Notes: generated from the sequence alone by a model not told the origin. A stretch of 64,000 nucleotides of DNA from an uncultured delta proteobacterium (GCA_963804165.1 CAWDPO010000035.1:1-64000); one strand, 5' to 3'. Positions 11,132 to 21,659 are shown, numbered from the stretch's first letter. A program made the numbers and translations.

Positions 11132-12133
11132 ATGCGCAGCGCTCATTGCACTTTGTTACGCCGGCTCGCAGCCGTATCTTTGATCGTGGGAATTTCGGCG
11201 TTCCACACGGAAGCCGTGCTGGCGGCGGACAGACTCATTGGCCTGCACTCTGCGCAGGTCATGTCGCAGTCGATGCCCTGGATCGCTCAGGAAGCCGGAC
11301 TATTTAAGAAATACGATTTGGATTTTCGACTGGTCTTTATTCCTTCCTCGCCGGTGGCCACCGCCGCGACGTTGAACGGCGATGCGGAGATCGGCGTGAC
11401 GGGCGCTGTCGGCAACGTGCGTGCTTACGTACAGGGCTTCACCGACTTGGTATTCATCGGCGGCATGAAAAACATCTTAACTCATAGCGTGCTCGGCAAG
11501 CCTGACATTAAGCGCCCCGAAGATCTCAAAGGAAAGAAAGTCGCCGTCGGACGGTTCGGCGGTAACACCCATTATTTCGTCATTCAGGCGCTGAGGCGGC
11601 TCGGCATGGACGCCGCTAAGGATATTCAGACGATTCAGACCGGTGGTGGTCCTGAAACACTCGCCGCATTGGTGAGCGGTAGCGTCGATGCGGCCGGTCT
11701 GGTGGCGCCGGGGGACTCCGCTGCCGTTGCAAAGGGATTTCGCTACGTGATCAATGGCCCCGAAATGCGCATCCCCTACGGCGCAACCCAGGTGGTAACG
11801 CTGCGCTCGGTGATCAATAAACGCGGACCGGTGATCGGCAGATTCATGCGCGCAATGGGCGAAGCGTCGAAGATTATTCACACCGATAGAAAGTTTGTGT
11901 ATAAGGTCCTCGGCAAATATTTGCGGATTACCGATACCAAGGTACTCGATGCGGCATACCAATCTGAGATTCCGGCCCTTGAGCGGCGATTGGAAGTTGC
12001 TGACTCGGCGCTGCAAGCCTCCCTCGATGAAATCGCGCCGCAGGATGCGCGGGCGAAGTCCATCAAACCGCAGGATATGATCGATCGGCGCTATTTGGTC
12101 GAGCTGGAAAAGAGCGGCGTGTTTGACAAGTGA
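11132..12133 (+). CDS. ABC substrate-binding protein, SsuA/NMT1 (NitT/TauT) family
   Basis: Signal peptide; PWIAQEAGLFKKYDLD and DLKGKKVAV motifs; AGGAG RBS. Confidence 0.85.
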   Translation: MRSAHCTLLRRLAAVSLIVGISAFHTEAVLAADRLIGLHSAQVMSQSMPWIAQEAGLFKKYDLDFRLVFIPSSPVATAATLNGDAEIGVTGAVGNVRAYVQGFTDLVFIGGMKNILTHSVLGKPDIKRPEDLKGKKVAVGRFGGNTHYFVIQALRRLGMDAAKDIQTIQTGGGPETLAALVSGSVDAAGLVAPGDSAAVAKGFRYVINGPEMRIPYGATQVVTLRSVINKRGPVIGRFMRAMGEASKIIHTDRKFVYKVLGKYLRITDTKVLDAAYQSEIPALERRLEVADSALQASLDEIAPQDARAKSIKPQDMIDRRYLVELEKSGVFDK

Positions 12134-12165
12134 AAACGGCAATAGCCAAAAAAAAGAGGAGAAAC

Positions 12166-13194
12166 ATGCCAACACGCGCGATAGATATTCACCACCACTA
12201 CGTTCCCGAGGGAGTGGTCGGAGAGGCGAAGCGGCACGGCAAAGCGCTCGGCATCGAAGTGTCCGAAGATAACGACCGGACCATCCGATTTTCCTTCAAT
12301 GGTGGCCCTAGGTATCCATTGCTACAGGGCTTGACGGATGTGGAGCGGCGGCTGGAGATGATGGAAAAGAGCAAAATAGCGCTGGCAGCGCTCGATCCGA
12401 GCACGCAGCTTCTCGGTTATGATCTCAAAGGAGAACAGGCGGAGAGATGGTGTCGCGTCTACAATGAATGCGTTAAAGAATTCCTGAAGAAATATCCGGA
12501 TCGCTTTACGGCGATGGCAGCAGTTCCCATTCAGGAGCCTAAGCTCGCTGCCAGAGTGCTTGAGCACGCGGTTACCGAGCTCGATTTTCGCGGTGCTTAC
12601 ATCGCCACGAACGTCAATCACCGTTATTATGACAGCGAAGACTTCGATGCTTTCTGGGCCAAGGCACAAGAGTTGGACGTGTTGGTCTTCATGCACCCGG
12701 ACAATCCAGCAGGAACGGAGCTGATGGGCTCCTTTGGTATGCGACTCGTATGTGGCAATCCCGCTGACACGACGTTCTCTCTCGGTCTTCTAATTTACAG
12801 CGGCGTCTTCGACCGGTTCCCCAATTTAAAAGTTTGCACATGCCATGGTGGTGGATTTTTCCCTTATCACGTGGGCCGATTCGATCGAGAATATCTTACC
12901 GGAAAGCAAGCGACCCGGCGCGCCGACCGTCCGAACTCACCGCGTTGCACTGCCGCGCCGAGTGCTTACCTCAAGAACTTGTACTTCGACACACTGGTTT
13001 ATGATGTGGAAACGCTCGACTTTCTTCGGCGCAAAGTCGGTGCGGAGCACTTGATGCTTGGAACTGATTTTCCTTATATCCTCGGCGATTGGGAATGCGT
13101 CGACAAAGTCGAAGCGCTGCCGTGCTCGGAAGCCGAAAAGCGAGCGGTTCTCGAACACAACGCGAGCAGGTTGCTAAAGATTTCCGCGGCTTGA
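12166..13194 (+). CDS. Amidohydrolase_2 family protein (ACMSD-like)
   Basis: IDIHHH, FMHP, HGGG, LYFDT and LGTDFP motifs. Confidence 0.88.
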   Translation: MPTRAIDIHHHYVPEGVVGEAKRHGKALGIEVSEDNDRTIRFSFNGGPRYPLLQGLTDVERRLEMMEKSKIALAALDPSTQLLGYDLKGEQAERWCRVYNECVKEFLKKYPDRFTAMAAVPIQEPKLAARVLEHAVTELDFRGAYIATNVNHRYYDSEDFDAFWAKAQELDVLVFMHPDNPAGTELMGSFGMRLVCGNPADTTFSLGLLIYSGVFDRFPNLKVCTCHGGGFFPYHVGRFDREYLTGKQATRRADRPNSPRCTAAPSAYLKNLYFDTLVYDVETLDFLRRKVGAEHLMLGTDFPYILGDWECVDKVEALPCSEAEKRAVLEHNASRLLKISAA

Positions 13195-13361
13195 CAAACA
13201 TCGGCTGGTGGCCGCTGGGTCTCAAATCATGAATGACGCGGTTCCTTTCGGTCACCGCATCCCGCGCCATTGCCATCGGATGCTGACAACTCCAATGGGC
13301 GGTGGTTCAATTTCAGAAATACTTGTAGGGGCGACCCTGTGTGGTCGCCCATCTGGGTTGA

Positions 13362-13390
13362 TTGACACCCGCCGTTACGGTTGATAGTTT
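13362..13390 (+). promoter_or_regulatory. Putative sigma70 promoter of the Sec-glutaredoxin-DinB gene
   Basis: TTGACA (13362-67), 17-bp spacer, TAGTTT (13385-90), about 40 nt upstream of ATG 13429. Confidence 0.5.
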
Positions 13391-13428
13391 CCGCGCAGTT
13401 TAACCGTTCATTTCGAGGCGACACGACG

Positions 13429-14202
13429 ATGGAAAATATCAATGATCGATTCGTCCTGTTCACCCAACCCGGCTGAAGCAGTTGCCTTAGAACGAAAGAG
13501 TTTCTTTCGAGAAAAAGGCATCGACTTTTTCACCCTTGACGTTTTGAACGACCCGGCAGGGCGAGAACAGCTACTCAGGCTCGGCGTGCAGACGGTGCCG
13601 GTGCTGGCAAGAGGGAGCAGTATATCTTCTGCCAGAACCTGGAGGACGTCGCCGAATTTGTCGGCTTGCAGGGAACCGGTCACACTCCGCTTCCTCCCGC
13701 AATGCTGGTCGAAAAATGGCTCGCCGTGCTGCGCGCTGCGCAACGCTACATCCACCAGATTCCCAACGCACGACTCGGCGAGCGTGCGATCGACAACCGC
13801 GATCGCTCAATCCGGCTGTTGAGCCATCATGTCTTTCGCATCGGCGAAGCCTTCCTCGAGACCGCGATCGACGACGTAGAATACTGGGCAAACAATGCCA
13901 ACGTGCCGCCCGATGATGGAAGCTGCACCACCGGAATAGAGATCGTGGCTTACGGCGAAGGTATTATCGAGCGCATCGAGAATTGGTGGGCCCAGCTCGA
14001 TGATAGATCCTGCCAGCAAAAGGTTAAAACATTCTACGGCACGCCGCCGATGCACCAGCTCTTCGAGCGCTCGACGTGGCACTCGGCACAGCACACGCGC
14101 CAATTGATGACCGTGCTCGAGCGCTTCGGTATAGAACCAGACGGCAGGCTCTCGGCTGAAGATCTCGCGGGTTTACCTCTGCCTGAGCGGGTGTGGGACT
14201 AG
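13429..14202 (+). CDS. Selenocysteine-containing glutaredoxin (UxxC) fused to a DinB-like domain; two compensating indels (about 13515 and 13615)
   Basis: ATG 13429 reads MENINDRFVLFTQPG-TGA(13474)-SSCLRTKEFL, then KGIDF..DV.ND...TVPV (glutaredoxin cis-Pro), YIFCQNLEDVAEFVG, then ORF 13666..14202 with LSHHVF and WHSAQH. Confidence 0.8.
13483..13520 (+). promoter_or_regulatory. SECIS-like stem-loop after UGA 13474
   Basis: Apical stem CGAAAGA/TCTTTCG with loop GTT (G at 13500); lower stem TGCCTT/AAGGCA. Confidence 0.6.
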
Positions 14203-14381
14203 CACGGCCATGGGCGTGACGAGGACTGTTCGCGTGCTGCACGAGCGAATGGAAAGGCGTGTGAAGAATCGCCACCAGGTTTCCTACAGTGTTCCACTAA
14301 ATCAACTGCAGCTTAGATCATCAGGAACGACTGCTTCGTAATCGTATCGAAACCTACTACCTCTACCGGAAAAAGGAGAAG

Positions 14382-15407
14382 GTGAAGATGCAGCAGAAAA
14401 AAGTGCTGGGGATTCTCTTGGCTGTCATTTTCGTCGGGGCCGTCGCCGGTCCGGCGCGCACACAGGACAGTTCGAGAAAGCTTTTGGTTGCCTACGCCGG
14501 TTTGATTTCTACGCACGCGAGCGTTTGGCTCGGCGAAGAGCAAGGCTTTTACAAAAAGCATGGGCTCGATATCACTTCTGTTTTTATATCGAGCGGGTCG
14601 GTAACATCCCAGGCACTAATCGCCGGAGAGGCTAAGTTGGCTTCCACCAGCGTAGGTCCCACAGCGGGCGCCGTGGCAGGGGGAGCCGATCTCGTGATCG
14701 TGGCGGGAACGATCCACATTCTCCCTTATCAGTTTTGGGTTTTACCCCAGGTGCGCCAGCCCGCCGATCTGAAAGGGAAGCGAGTCGCCATCAGTACTTT
14801 TGGCTCCGGCAGTCACCTGGCGGCCGAAGTGGCGCTGCATTCGCTCGGCTTGGACCCCGTGCGAGATAAGATCGCGATCATGCAGGTAGGAACCCAGCCG
14901 GATCGAGTGGCGGCGCTGGCGAGCGGCAGGATCGATGCGACGCCTTTGGAGCCCGGCTTTGGACAAGCGGCAAAAGAAAAGGGACTCACGGTGATGGTCG
15001 ACCTGACCAAAACTGATGTTCCTTACCTGAACACCGTGCTCGTCGCGTCGCGGCGTTTTCTTAAAGAGAGTCCGCAACAGGTCGAGTCATTTCTCAAAGG
15101 CACCATCGACGGCTTTGCTTTTCTGCCGAACCCAGCCAATGAGAAGGCAGTCAAGAGTGTGCTCGCCAGGCGTTTGAAGCTCAGCACGCCGCAGAGCATT
15201 CAAATCATGTACGATGCTACTCTGGAGATCCATGCCAAGACCAAGTTGCCAAACGTTCCGCTGGCAGGCGTGCAGAACATGATCGATGCTTTACTCCGGA
15301 CGAATCCGCGCATGGCCAAGCTTAAGGCCGCCGATCTCGTCGATAGTTCATTCATGGATCGGCTGGAAAAATCAGGCTATGTTCAGGAAGCCATGAAAAA
15401 AAATTGA
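14382..15407 (+). CDS. ABC substrate-binding protein, SsuA/NMT1 family
   Basis: Signal peptide; QGFYKKHGLD and DLKGKRVAIS motifs; AAGGAG RBS. Confidence 0.85.
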   Translation: MKMQQKKVLGILLAVIFVGAVAGPARTQDSSRKLLVAYAGLISTHASVWLGEEQGFYKKHGLDITSVFISSGSVTSQALIAGEAKLASTSVGPTAGAVAGGADLVIVAGTIHILPYQFWVLPQVRQPADLKGKRVAISTFGSGSHLAAEVALHSLGLDPVRDKIAIMQVGTQPDRVAALASGRIDATPLEPGFGQAAKEKGLTVMVDLTKTDVPYLNTVLVASRRFLKESPQQVESFLKGTIDGFAFLPNPANEKAVKSVLARRLKLSTPQSIQIMYDATLEIHAKTKLPNVPLAGVQNMIDALLRTNPRMAKLKAADLVDSSFMDRLEKSGYVQEAMKKN

Positions 15408-15492
15408 CGGAGATCGCAATATGCTCGCCGGTATCACGGCGCGACCTCGGTCGGTGCGATTACGGCAAGACGCGGCGCTGGAGAAGGGCGAA

Positions 15493-15918
15493 CTATTTTG
15501 CCTTTGGAGCTATTGGACTCACGAGGTCACGCTCGGAAAGGTGGGCGACAGTTTCTCCGGTTTCGGCAAAGGTTCGGGTCACGTCCGTGGAGGTATAAAT
15601 CCATAAGATCGCGAGCGGGGTCGTGCCGACGTTCACGAAGCGGTGCGGCTGGTTCGCCGGAACGAGCGTCGTGTCGTAAGCGTGCAGCCGATGGCGCTGG
15701 CCGTCGAGCTCGGCCTCGGCCTCCCCTTCGAGAATCGTCACTTGCTCATCGCAGTTATGAGAATGCATTGGAACCTTGGCGCCGACCGGGAACCGGGTGA
15801 TCCCCGTCGTTAAATGCTTCGAGCCAAGCTCTTTCGTAACCAAGGGAATCGTTTGAATCCCATTGCCGCGATCGACCACGGGCAACGAATCGATTCTCAG
15901 AACATGGGCGTCTGCCAT
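15493..15918 (-). CDS. Cupin domain protein
   Basis: HSHNCDEQ and PANQPHRF cupin motifs. Confidence 0.85.
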   Translation of the reverse strand: MADAHVLRIDSLPVVDRGNGIQTIPLVTKELGSKHLTTGITRFPVGAKVPMHSHNCDEQVTILEGEAEAELDGQRHRLHAYDTTLVPANQPHRFVNVGTTPLAILWIYTSTDVTRTFAETGETVAHLSERDLVSPIAPKAK

Positions 15919-15974
15919 TGGAATATCTCCTTCCGGAAATCAGACTGTGCGGCGAACACTAACAAGGAGTCGAT

Positions 15975-16931
15975 ATGCGAATCAAGTTGATTCCGTTTCT
16001 TGTGATTCTCACTGTGCTTGTCGGCGTATGCTCGGCGTCGGCGCAGCTCAAGAAGGTTAGGTTTTCCACGACCGGGATTTCTATTTCCGAGCTGCCCTTC
16101 AAAGTCGCCCAACTCAAGGGGTTTTGGCGCGAGGAAGGCCTTGACGTCGAGACCATTCTCATTCGCGGCGCTGTGGGAATGCAGGCGCTGTTGGGCGGCT
16201 CGGTCGATTACACATCGGCTTCGGGCTCAACGATTGCCGCGGCCGTCCGCGGTCTGCCGGTCAAGCTCGTATTTGTTTCTTCGGCAAAGCCGCAGTTTGA
16301 ACTCATCGCCCAGCCCCAGATCAAATCCGTCCAGGAACTCAAGGGAAAAATCGTCGGCATTTCATCCCGCGGTGGTTCCAATGATCTCATGATGCAAATG
16401 ATCCTGCAGAAAAACGGCCTCGCGCCAAACAAGGACGTTACAACGCTCATCATCGGCGCCCAAGAAGAAACGGTGATCGCCCTGCGAACGGGCCGAATTG
16501 CCGCAGCCTTGATCACTCCGCCGAGAAACTTCATTCTCCAACGTGATGGGTTCAACCGCATCGCTTATTCCGGGGATTACATGACCACCTATGCGAACGG
16601 TGGGATTGGCGTCGCCGACGAAAAAATAAAAAGCAATCCCGCCGAGGTTCTCGCCTTTGTCAGGGGCACGATCAAGGGCCTACAGTTTTCCATGAAAAAT
16701 CGTGCCGAGATGGTGAAGATCATGCCGGGATACTTGGGTATCAAGGATGTAACGCTGATAGACCAGCTCTACGATCTCTACTTGACCCGCCAGTCGATCG
16801 ACGGATCGGTCGATGACAACTGGATGAAAGGCGCCATCGAGTTCACGCAGAAGACTCTTGGCGCCGCCACCAAAGAGGTTGCACCGAGTCAGGTCTTCGA
16901 TTTCAGCTTCGCCCAGAAGGCGGTGCGATAA
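15975..16931 (+). CDS. ABC substrate-binding protein, SsuA/NMT1 family
   Basis: Signal peptide; GFWREEGLDVE and ELKGKIVGIS motifs; AAGGAG RBS. Confidence 0.85.
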   Translation: MRIKLIPFLVILTVLVGVCSASAQLKKVRFSTTGISISELPFKVAQLKGFWREEGLDVETILIRGAVGMQALLGGSVDYTSASGSTIAAAVRGLPVKLVFVSSAKPQFELIAQPQIKSVQELKGKIVGISSRGGSNDLMMQMILQKNGLAPNKDVTTLIIGAQEETVIALRTGRIAAALITPPRNFILQRDGFNRIAYSGDYMTTYANGGIGVADEKIKSNPAEVLAFVRGTIKGLQFSMKNRAEMVKIMPGYLGIKDVTLIDQLYDLYLTRQSIDGSVDDNWMKGAIEFTQKTLGAATKEVAPSQVFDFSFAQKAVR

Positions 16932-17023
16932 ACAGCGGTGCGCAGGTCGGCGACCGCTTGACGTGCGTCGCGAACCGCCCCGCTATGAGCGGGTCTCTCT
17001 CGCCCGACCCCGATCACCCTCGA

Positions 17024-18523
17024 TTAACCTGCGGAGGCGGCGCGCCATAATTTCCGTACCGCCGGCGCCGCCATCACGATCAAGATGAGGACCGTAGCGA
17101 CGATAAACGCAAGGCTGATCGGCCGGGTGACGAACACGGAAGGGTCCCCGCGCGAGACCTGCAACGTCCGCCGCAGGTTTTCCTCCACCATCGGCCCGAG
17201 CACGAAGCCGAGCATCATCGGTACCGGGCTGCAATCGAGCATTCTCCAAACGATGCCGAGGATACCGAATATCGCCATCAGATAGATATCGAACGAGCTG
17301 CTGTTCACGCTGTAGATACCGATGGCCGAGAACGCCATGATAGCGGGGAAGAGCATGCGATAGGGTAACTTAAGCAGGCTCACCCAGATACCGATAAGCG
17401 GCAGATTGAGTACGACCAGCATCACGTTGCCGATCCACATGCTCGCGATCAGCCCCCAGAACAGGTCGGGCTTGTCGGTCATCACCTGCGGGCCGGGCGC
17501 GATGCCGAAAATCATGAGCGCGCCGAGCATGAGCGCCATCGTCCCGCTGGCGGGGATTCCCAAGGTGAGCATCGGAATAAACTTGCACTGCGCGTCCGCG
17601 TTGTTGGCAGATTCCGGTCCCGCCACGCCCTCGATTGCGCCGTGGCCGAAGCGCGACGGGTCTTTGGCCAGTTTCTTCTCGATCATATAGGACGAGAACG
17701 ACGCGATCGCCGGCGTTGTCCCCGGCAGTACGCCGAAGAACGCGCCGACTCCGGTTCCTCTGACGATCGCGCCGAAGGACTGTTTCAGATCGTCTTTCGT
17801 GGGAAAGAGGTGCGTCACCTTGGAGGTGAAGACCTGGCGTTCCTCGGGGTCGCTCAAGTTGCTCAAGATTTCGCCCACCGCAAACACCCCCACCGCGATC
17901 GTCACGACACCGATGCCGTCCGCCAGCTCGTAGAATCCAAAGGTGAAGCGCTTGATCCCTGAATTGACGTCGGCGCCGACGATGCCGAGCAACAAGCCAA
18001 CGACAACCATTGCCAGCGACTTTGCCATGTCGCCGTGGGCGAGCACCGCCGCAGCGACCAGACCCATCAGCATCAGCGAGAAATATTCCGCCGAGCTGAA
18101 CTTGAGCGCGAACTCCGCGAGCGGCGGGGCGAACAGCGCGATCAACAGCGTGCAGACGGTGCCGGCGAAAAACGAGCCGATCGCCGCAATCGCGAGGGCC
18201 GCGCCGGCGCGCCCCTGCCGGGCCATCTGGTAACCGTCAATGCACGTGACCACCGAGGCGGTCTCCCCCGGCAGGTTGACCAGGATGGAAGTGGTCGAGC
18301 CGCCGTACATCGCGCCGTAGTAAATGCCGGCGAGCATGATCATGGCCGCAACCGGCGGCACGTTGAAGGTGAGCGGTAGCAGCATCGCGATGGTCGCCGT
18401 CGGCCCGATACCCGGCAGCACGCCGATCAAGGTGCCCACCAGTACGCCGATGAAGCAATAGAGCAGGTTCTGTAGCGAGAGCGCGACGCCGAACCCGAAG
18501 ATCAGATGGTTGAAGAGTTCCAC
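17024..18523 (-). CDS. tctA: Tripartite tricarboxylate transporter TctA
   Basis: GTLIGVLPGIG, YGGSTTSILVNLPGE and GPESANNA motifs. Confidence 0.93.
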   Translation of the reverse strand: MELFNHLIFGFGVALSLQNLLYCFIGVLVGTLIGVLPGIGPTATIAMLLPLTFNVPPVAAMIMLAGIYYGAMYGGSTTSILVNLPGETASVVTCIDGYQMARQGRAGAALAIAAIGSFFAGTVCTLLIALFAPPLAEFALKFSSAEYFSLMLMGLVAAAVLAHGDMAKSLAMVVVGLLLGIVGADVNSGIKRFTFGFYELADGIGVVTIAVGVFAVGEILSNLSDPEERQVFTSKVTHLFPTKDDLKQSFGAIVRGTGVGAFFGVLPGTTPAIASFSSYMIEKKLAKDPSRFGHGAIEGVAGPESANNADAQCKFIPMLTLGIPASGTMALMLGALMIFGIAPGPQVMTDKPDLFWGLIASMWIGNVMLVVLNLPLIGIWVSLLKLPYRMLFPAIMAFSAIGIYSVNSSSFDIYLMAIFGILGIVWRMLDCSPVPMMLGFVLGPMVEENLRRTLQVSRGDPSVFVTRPISLAFIVATVLILIVMAAPAVRKLWRAASAG

Positions 18524-18532
18524 GGCGACGTG

Positions 18533-18985
18533 TCAGAAACCTTTGATCAGCGGATACGGCAGCCCGAGGCCCGAGATGAATATGGCGACCGAGAGCGTGG
18601 TCAGAATAACGGTAAGCAACAGGACCTCGACGAACTTGAACTCTCGCCCCGCGGAGGCCGACCCGAAGATGAGGACCGCCAGCGCAGGTATGAAGCCGGC
18701 ATGGGGCATCAAAACGCCAAACGCGACGAGTGAGAGAGGCAGCACGATCAACGCCCGAAGCGAGCAGCGAACCGCGATCTTCTCGCTCGTACGCAGGCCG
18801 ATGGCCATTGCGTAGAGGCCGAACAGGACGAGAATCCCGCCGAGCACGCTCGGGAAGTAGCCGGGCCCCATCCGCATCGTGCTGCCGAACGGGTAACCGC
18901 GGGCGATGAAGATCGACGCGGCGCCGATCGTGATCAACATGATGCCGGCCCAGAAATTTTTGTTGTGGCGCAACTCTATTTTCAT
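18533..18985 (-). CDS. tctB: Tripartite tricarboxylate transporter TctB
   Basis: MGPGYFP motif; 4 TM segments; adjacent to tctA. Confidence 0.88.
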   Translation of the reverse strand: MKIELRHNKNFWAGIMLITIGAASIFIARGYPFGSTMRMGPGYFPSVLGGILVLFGLYAMAIGLRTSEKIAVRCSLRALIVLPLSLVAFGVLMPHAGFIPALAVLIFGSASAGREFKFVEVLLLTVILTTLSVAIFISGLGLPYPLIKGF

Positions 18986-19007
18986 TGGAAGGTTACATCA
19001 GGAGGGC

Positions 19008-19155
19008 GAATCAAAAATCCGACAAAATAAATTCAAATCAGAAAATCCAAAACAGTGAATTCGATCTGTCCCGTTTGGAGCATTTTAAGTTGTTTTGTTT
19101 TTCATCATTTTGAATTTGTTTCGAGCTTCGTGCTTCGGATTTCGTGCTTCGAATT
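19008..19155. repeat. 7-bp-period TTCG-type palindromic element
   Basis: TTTCGAGCTTCGTGCTTCGGATTTCGTGCTTCGAATT arm with a degenerate opposite arm; similar element at 20259-20411. Confidence 0.55.
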
Positions 19156-19247
19156 TTTTTGTTCTGGCGCGTTTGCGTCCCTTCGACGTTGCTCAGAAGA
19201 TGCTTTGCGCCTTTGCGCGAGTCGTCTTTCTCCCGAAATCAGAACTT

Positions 19248-20222
19248 CTACTCCGCTTTGATGTTGGCTTCCTTTATGACCTTTCCCCATTTAGCCGTTT
19301 CGGCCACGATGTACGGGCCGAACTCGGCCGGGCCGAGTTTGTCCACTTCTGCGCCTTGGTCCCCGAACACCTTCTGTGTTTCCGCCGAGCTCAGGATGCC
19401 CGAGATCTCCTTGTACAGCCGGTCGATGATCGGGCGCGGCGTGCCGGCAGGCGCAAGGATTCCCCACCAGTTGTTTGCTTCGTAGCCGGGGACGCCAGCT
19501 TCTGCGATCGTCGGCACGTCGGGCAAGGAGACGCTGCGCTTCGCGCCGCCGGTGCCCAGCGCCTTGACCTTGCCGGACTTGATATGGGGCATGAACTGAA
19601 TGAGCGAGCCGAGCGCTGCATGGGTATGGCCTCCGATCACGTCGATCATCGCCGGACCGCCGCCTTTGAACTGGATAATGCCGACGTCGACCCCGGTCAG
19701 GGACTTGAAAAGCTCACTGCCGAGATGCTGAAAACTGCCGACGCCCGCCGACGCGAAATTTAGCTGGCCGGGTTTTTCCTTGGCGAGCGCGATGAACTCT
19801 TTGACGGAGTTGACGGGCACGCCTGGATGGACAGCGAAAACGTTTGGGCCGGTTCCGACCTTGGCGACCGGGCTGAAGGCCTTGACCGGATCATAGGGTA
19901 ATTTGTAGAGAGACGTATTGATGGCGTAGGCGGAAGAAATGACGAGCAGCGTATGACCATCGGGATCCGATTTCGCTGCGGCTTCAGTGCCGATGACGCC
20001 TCCTGCTCCACCGCGGTTGTCGGCGACGACTTGCTTGCCGAGCCGTTCGGTCAATTTGGTGGCGATGAACCGGCCCACGATGTCGTTGCTCCCGCCCGGC
20101 GGAAAAGGAATGATGAGGCGCACCGCCTTGCTCGGATAAGTCTGTCCCGCCGCTATCCCGGAACCCAGCGCAATCGCGGAAACGAGCATCATCGGGGTAA
20201 GATTTCTTAATCTGTGCTTCAT
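19248..20222 (-). CDS. tctC: Tripartite tricarboxylate transporter substrate-binding protein (Bug/TctC)
   Basis: PFPPGGSND, NRGGAGG, PDGHTLL and FKGGGPA motifs. Confidence 0.92.
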   Translation of the reverse strand: MKHRLRNLTPMMLVSAIALGSGIAAGQTYPSKAVRLIIPFPPGGSNDIVGRFIATKLTERLGKQVVADNRGGAGGVIGTEAAAKSDPDGHTLLVISSAYAINTSLYKLPYDPVKAFSPVAKVGTGPNVFAVHPGVPVNSVKEFIALAKEKPGQLNFASAGVGSFQHLGSELFKSLTGVDVGIIQFKGGGPAMIDVIGGHTHAALGSLIQFMPHIKSGKVKALGTGGAKRSVSLPDVPTIAEAGVPGYEANNWWGILAPAGTPRPIIDRLYKEISGILSSAETQKVFGDQGAEVDKLGPAEFGPYIVAETAKWGKVIKEANIKAE

Positions 20223-20651
20223 TTTGCCTGTCTCCTTACTCGATTTTCACTAAAATCAAATCCGAAATCCGCAGCTCGAAATCCGAAACAAGCGAGGGTC
20301 GAGGTCGGGTGTCGAGGGGAAAATCCCTTATCCCTTGACACTCATAACTCGACACCCTTTTTGCTTTTTGATCATTCGGATTTGTTTCGAATTGCGAATT
20401 TCGAGTTTCGTACTTTTCTGGCTTTACGTTGTCACGACCGCACAGCATCCGCAGAACGGTTGCATTCTATATCCAATGCGCTCACGTCGGTCAAACTTCG
20501 TCGCATCCGAAAAGCCTTACTTCAGGTTGCAACGCCGTCAGACTGTCAGTAATTTCGGCTGGTCAAAAAGATTTCAGAGGTGAGACGCGGACTGCTTGAA
20601 CGGTTTGAACGGTTTGAACCTTTCGTTTCCGTAGCGTAATGGAGGCTTTCG

Positions 20652-21626
20652 ATGAAGATCGCGGTGATCGATGACTATCAAGACGCCTTTCGCACGCTTC
20701 GCTGCTTCGGGAAACTCGAGGGCCACGAGGTGCTGGTCTATAACGATACGGAAAAGGATCCGGCTCGTCTCGCCGAGCGCTTGAAAAACACTGAAGCGGT
20801 CATCCTCACCCAGGGCCGCTCGCCCATGCCGCGCGCGCTGATCGAACGCCTGCCCAAGCTCAGGCTCATCAGTCAGACCGGGCGCAGCACGGGACACATC
20901 GATATCGCTGCCTGCACCGAGCACGGCGTGGTCATCTCGGCGGCTGGCTTCGCTACGCCGCACCCGACCGCGGAGCTTACCTGGGGCCTGATCTTCGCCG
21001 CGCTGCGGCACATCCCGTACGAAGTTAAGAGGCTGAGAGAGGGACACTGGCAATCGACGCTCGGGGTTTGCGTGAAGGGAAAGACCCTTGGCATCTACGC
21101 TTATGGCCGCATCGGCAGTTTGGTGGCGCATGCGGGACGCGCGTTTGGCGCGCGGGTAATATGCTGGGGTCGAGAGGGATCACTGGCGCGGGCGAAAGAG
21201 GACGGATACGAAGTCGCGCAAAGCCGAAGCACCTTCTTCACCGAATGCGACATCCTGAGTCTCCACATCCCGCTCAATACTGATACGCGCGGCATCGTTA
21301 CAGACGAGGATCTCGCGCGCATGAAAACCACCGCGCTGATCGTCAACACGAGCCGCGCAGGCGTCATCGCCGAAGGCGTGCTCGTCGAGGCTCTAAAGGT
21401 CGGGCGGCCGGGCTTCGCAGCAGTCGATGTGTTTGAAGAGGAACCTGTGATCGGCGCGTCTCACCCGCTACTCAAAATGAATAACGTGATCGCCACCCCT
21501 CATCTGGGCTACGTCGAAAGGGAGAACTATGAGCTTTACTACGGACTCGTGGTCGATCAGATTCTCGCCTACGCGGGCGGCCACCCCATCAACGTGCTCA
21601 ATCCCGAGGCGATCGGCAAGCGGTAA
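20652..21626 (+). CDS. D-2-hydroxyacid dehydrogenase family protein
   Basis: YAYGRIG, VNTSRA, DVFEEEP and TPHLGY motifs; GGAGG RBS. Confidence 0.9.
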   Translation: MKIAVIDDYQDAFRTLRCFGKLEGHEVLVYNDTEKDPARLAERLKNTEAVILTQGRSPMPRALIERLPKLRLISQTGRSTGHIDIAACTEHGVVISAAGFATPHPTAELTWGLIFAALRHIPYEVKRLREGHWQSTLGVCVKGKTLGIYAYGRIGSLVAHAGRAFGARVICWGREGSLARAKEDGYEVAQSRSTFFTECDILSLHIPLNTDTRGIVTDEDLARMKTTALIVNTSRAGVIAEGVLVEALKVGRPGFAAVDVFEEEPVIGASHPLLKMNNVIATPHLGYVERENYELYYGLVVDQILAYAGGHPINVLNPEAIGKR

Positions 21627-21659
21627 ATGAGCAAAGCTACGCAACAGGGTGAGGCGCTG

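Noticed and set aside
13507-13620. Programmed ribosomal frameshifting in the glutaredoxin-DinB gene
   Set aside because: It would need two opposite shifts within about 100 nt; similar indels occur across the window, which favours sequencing error.
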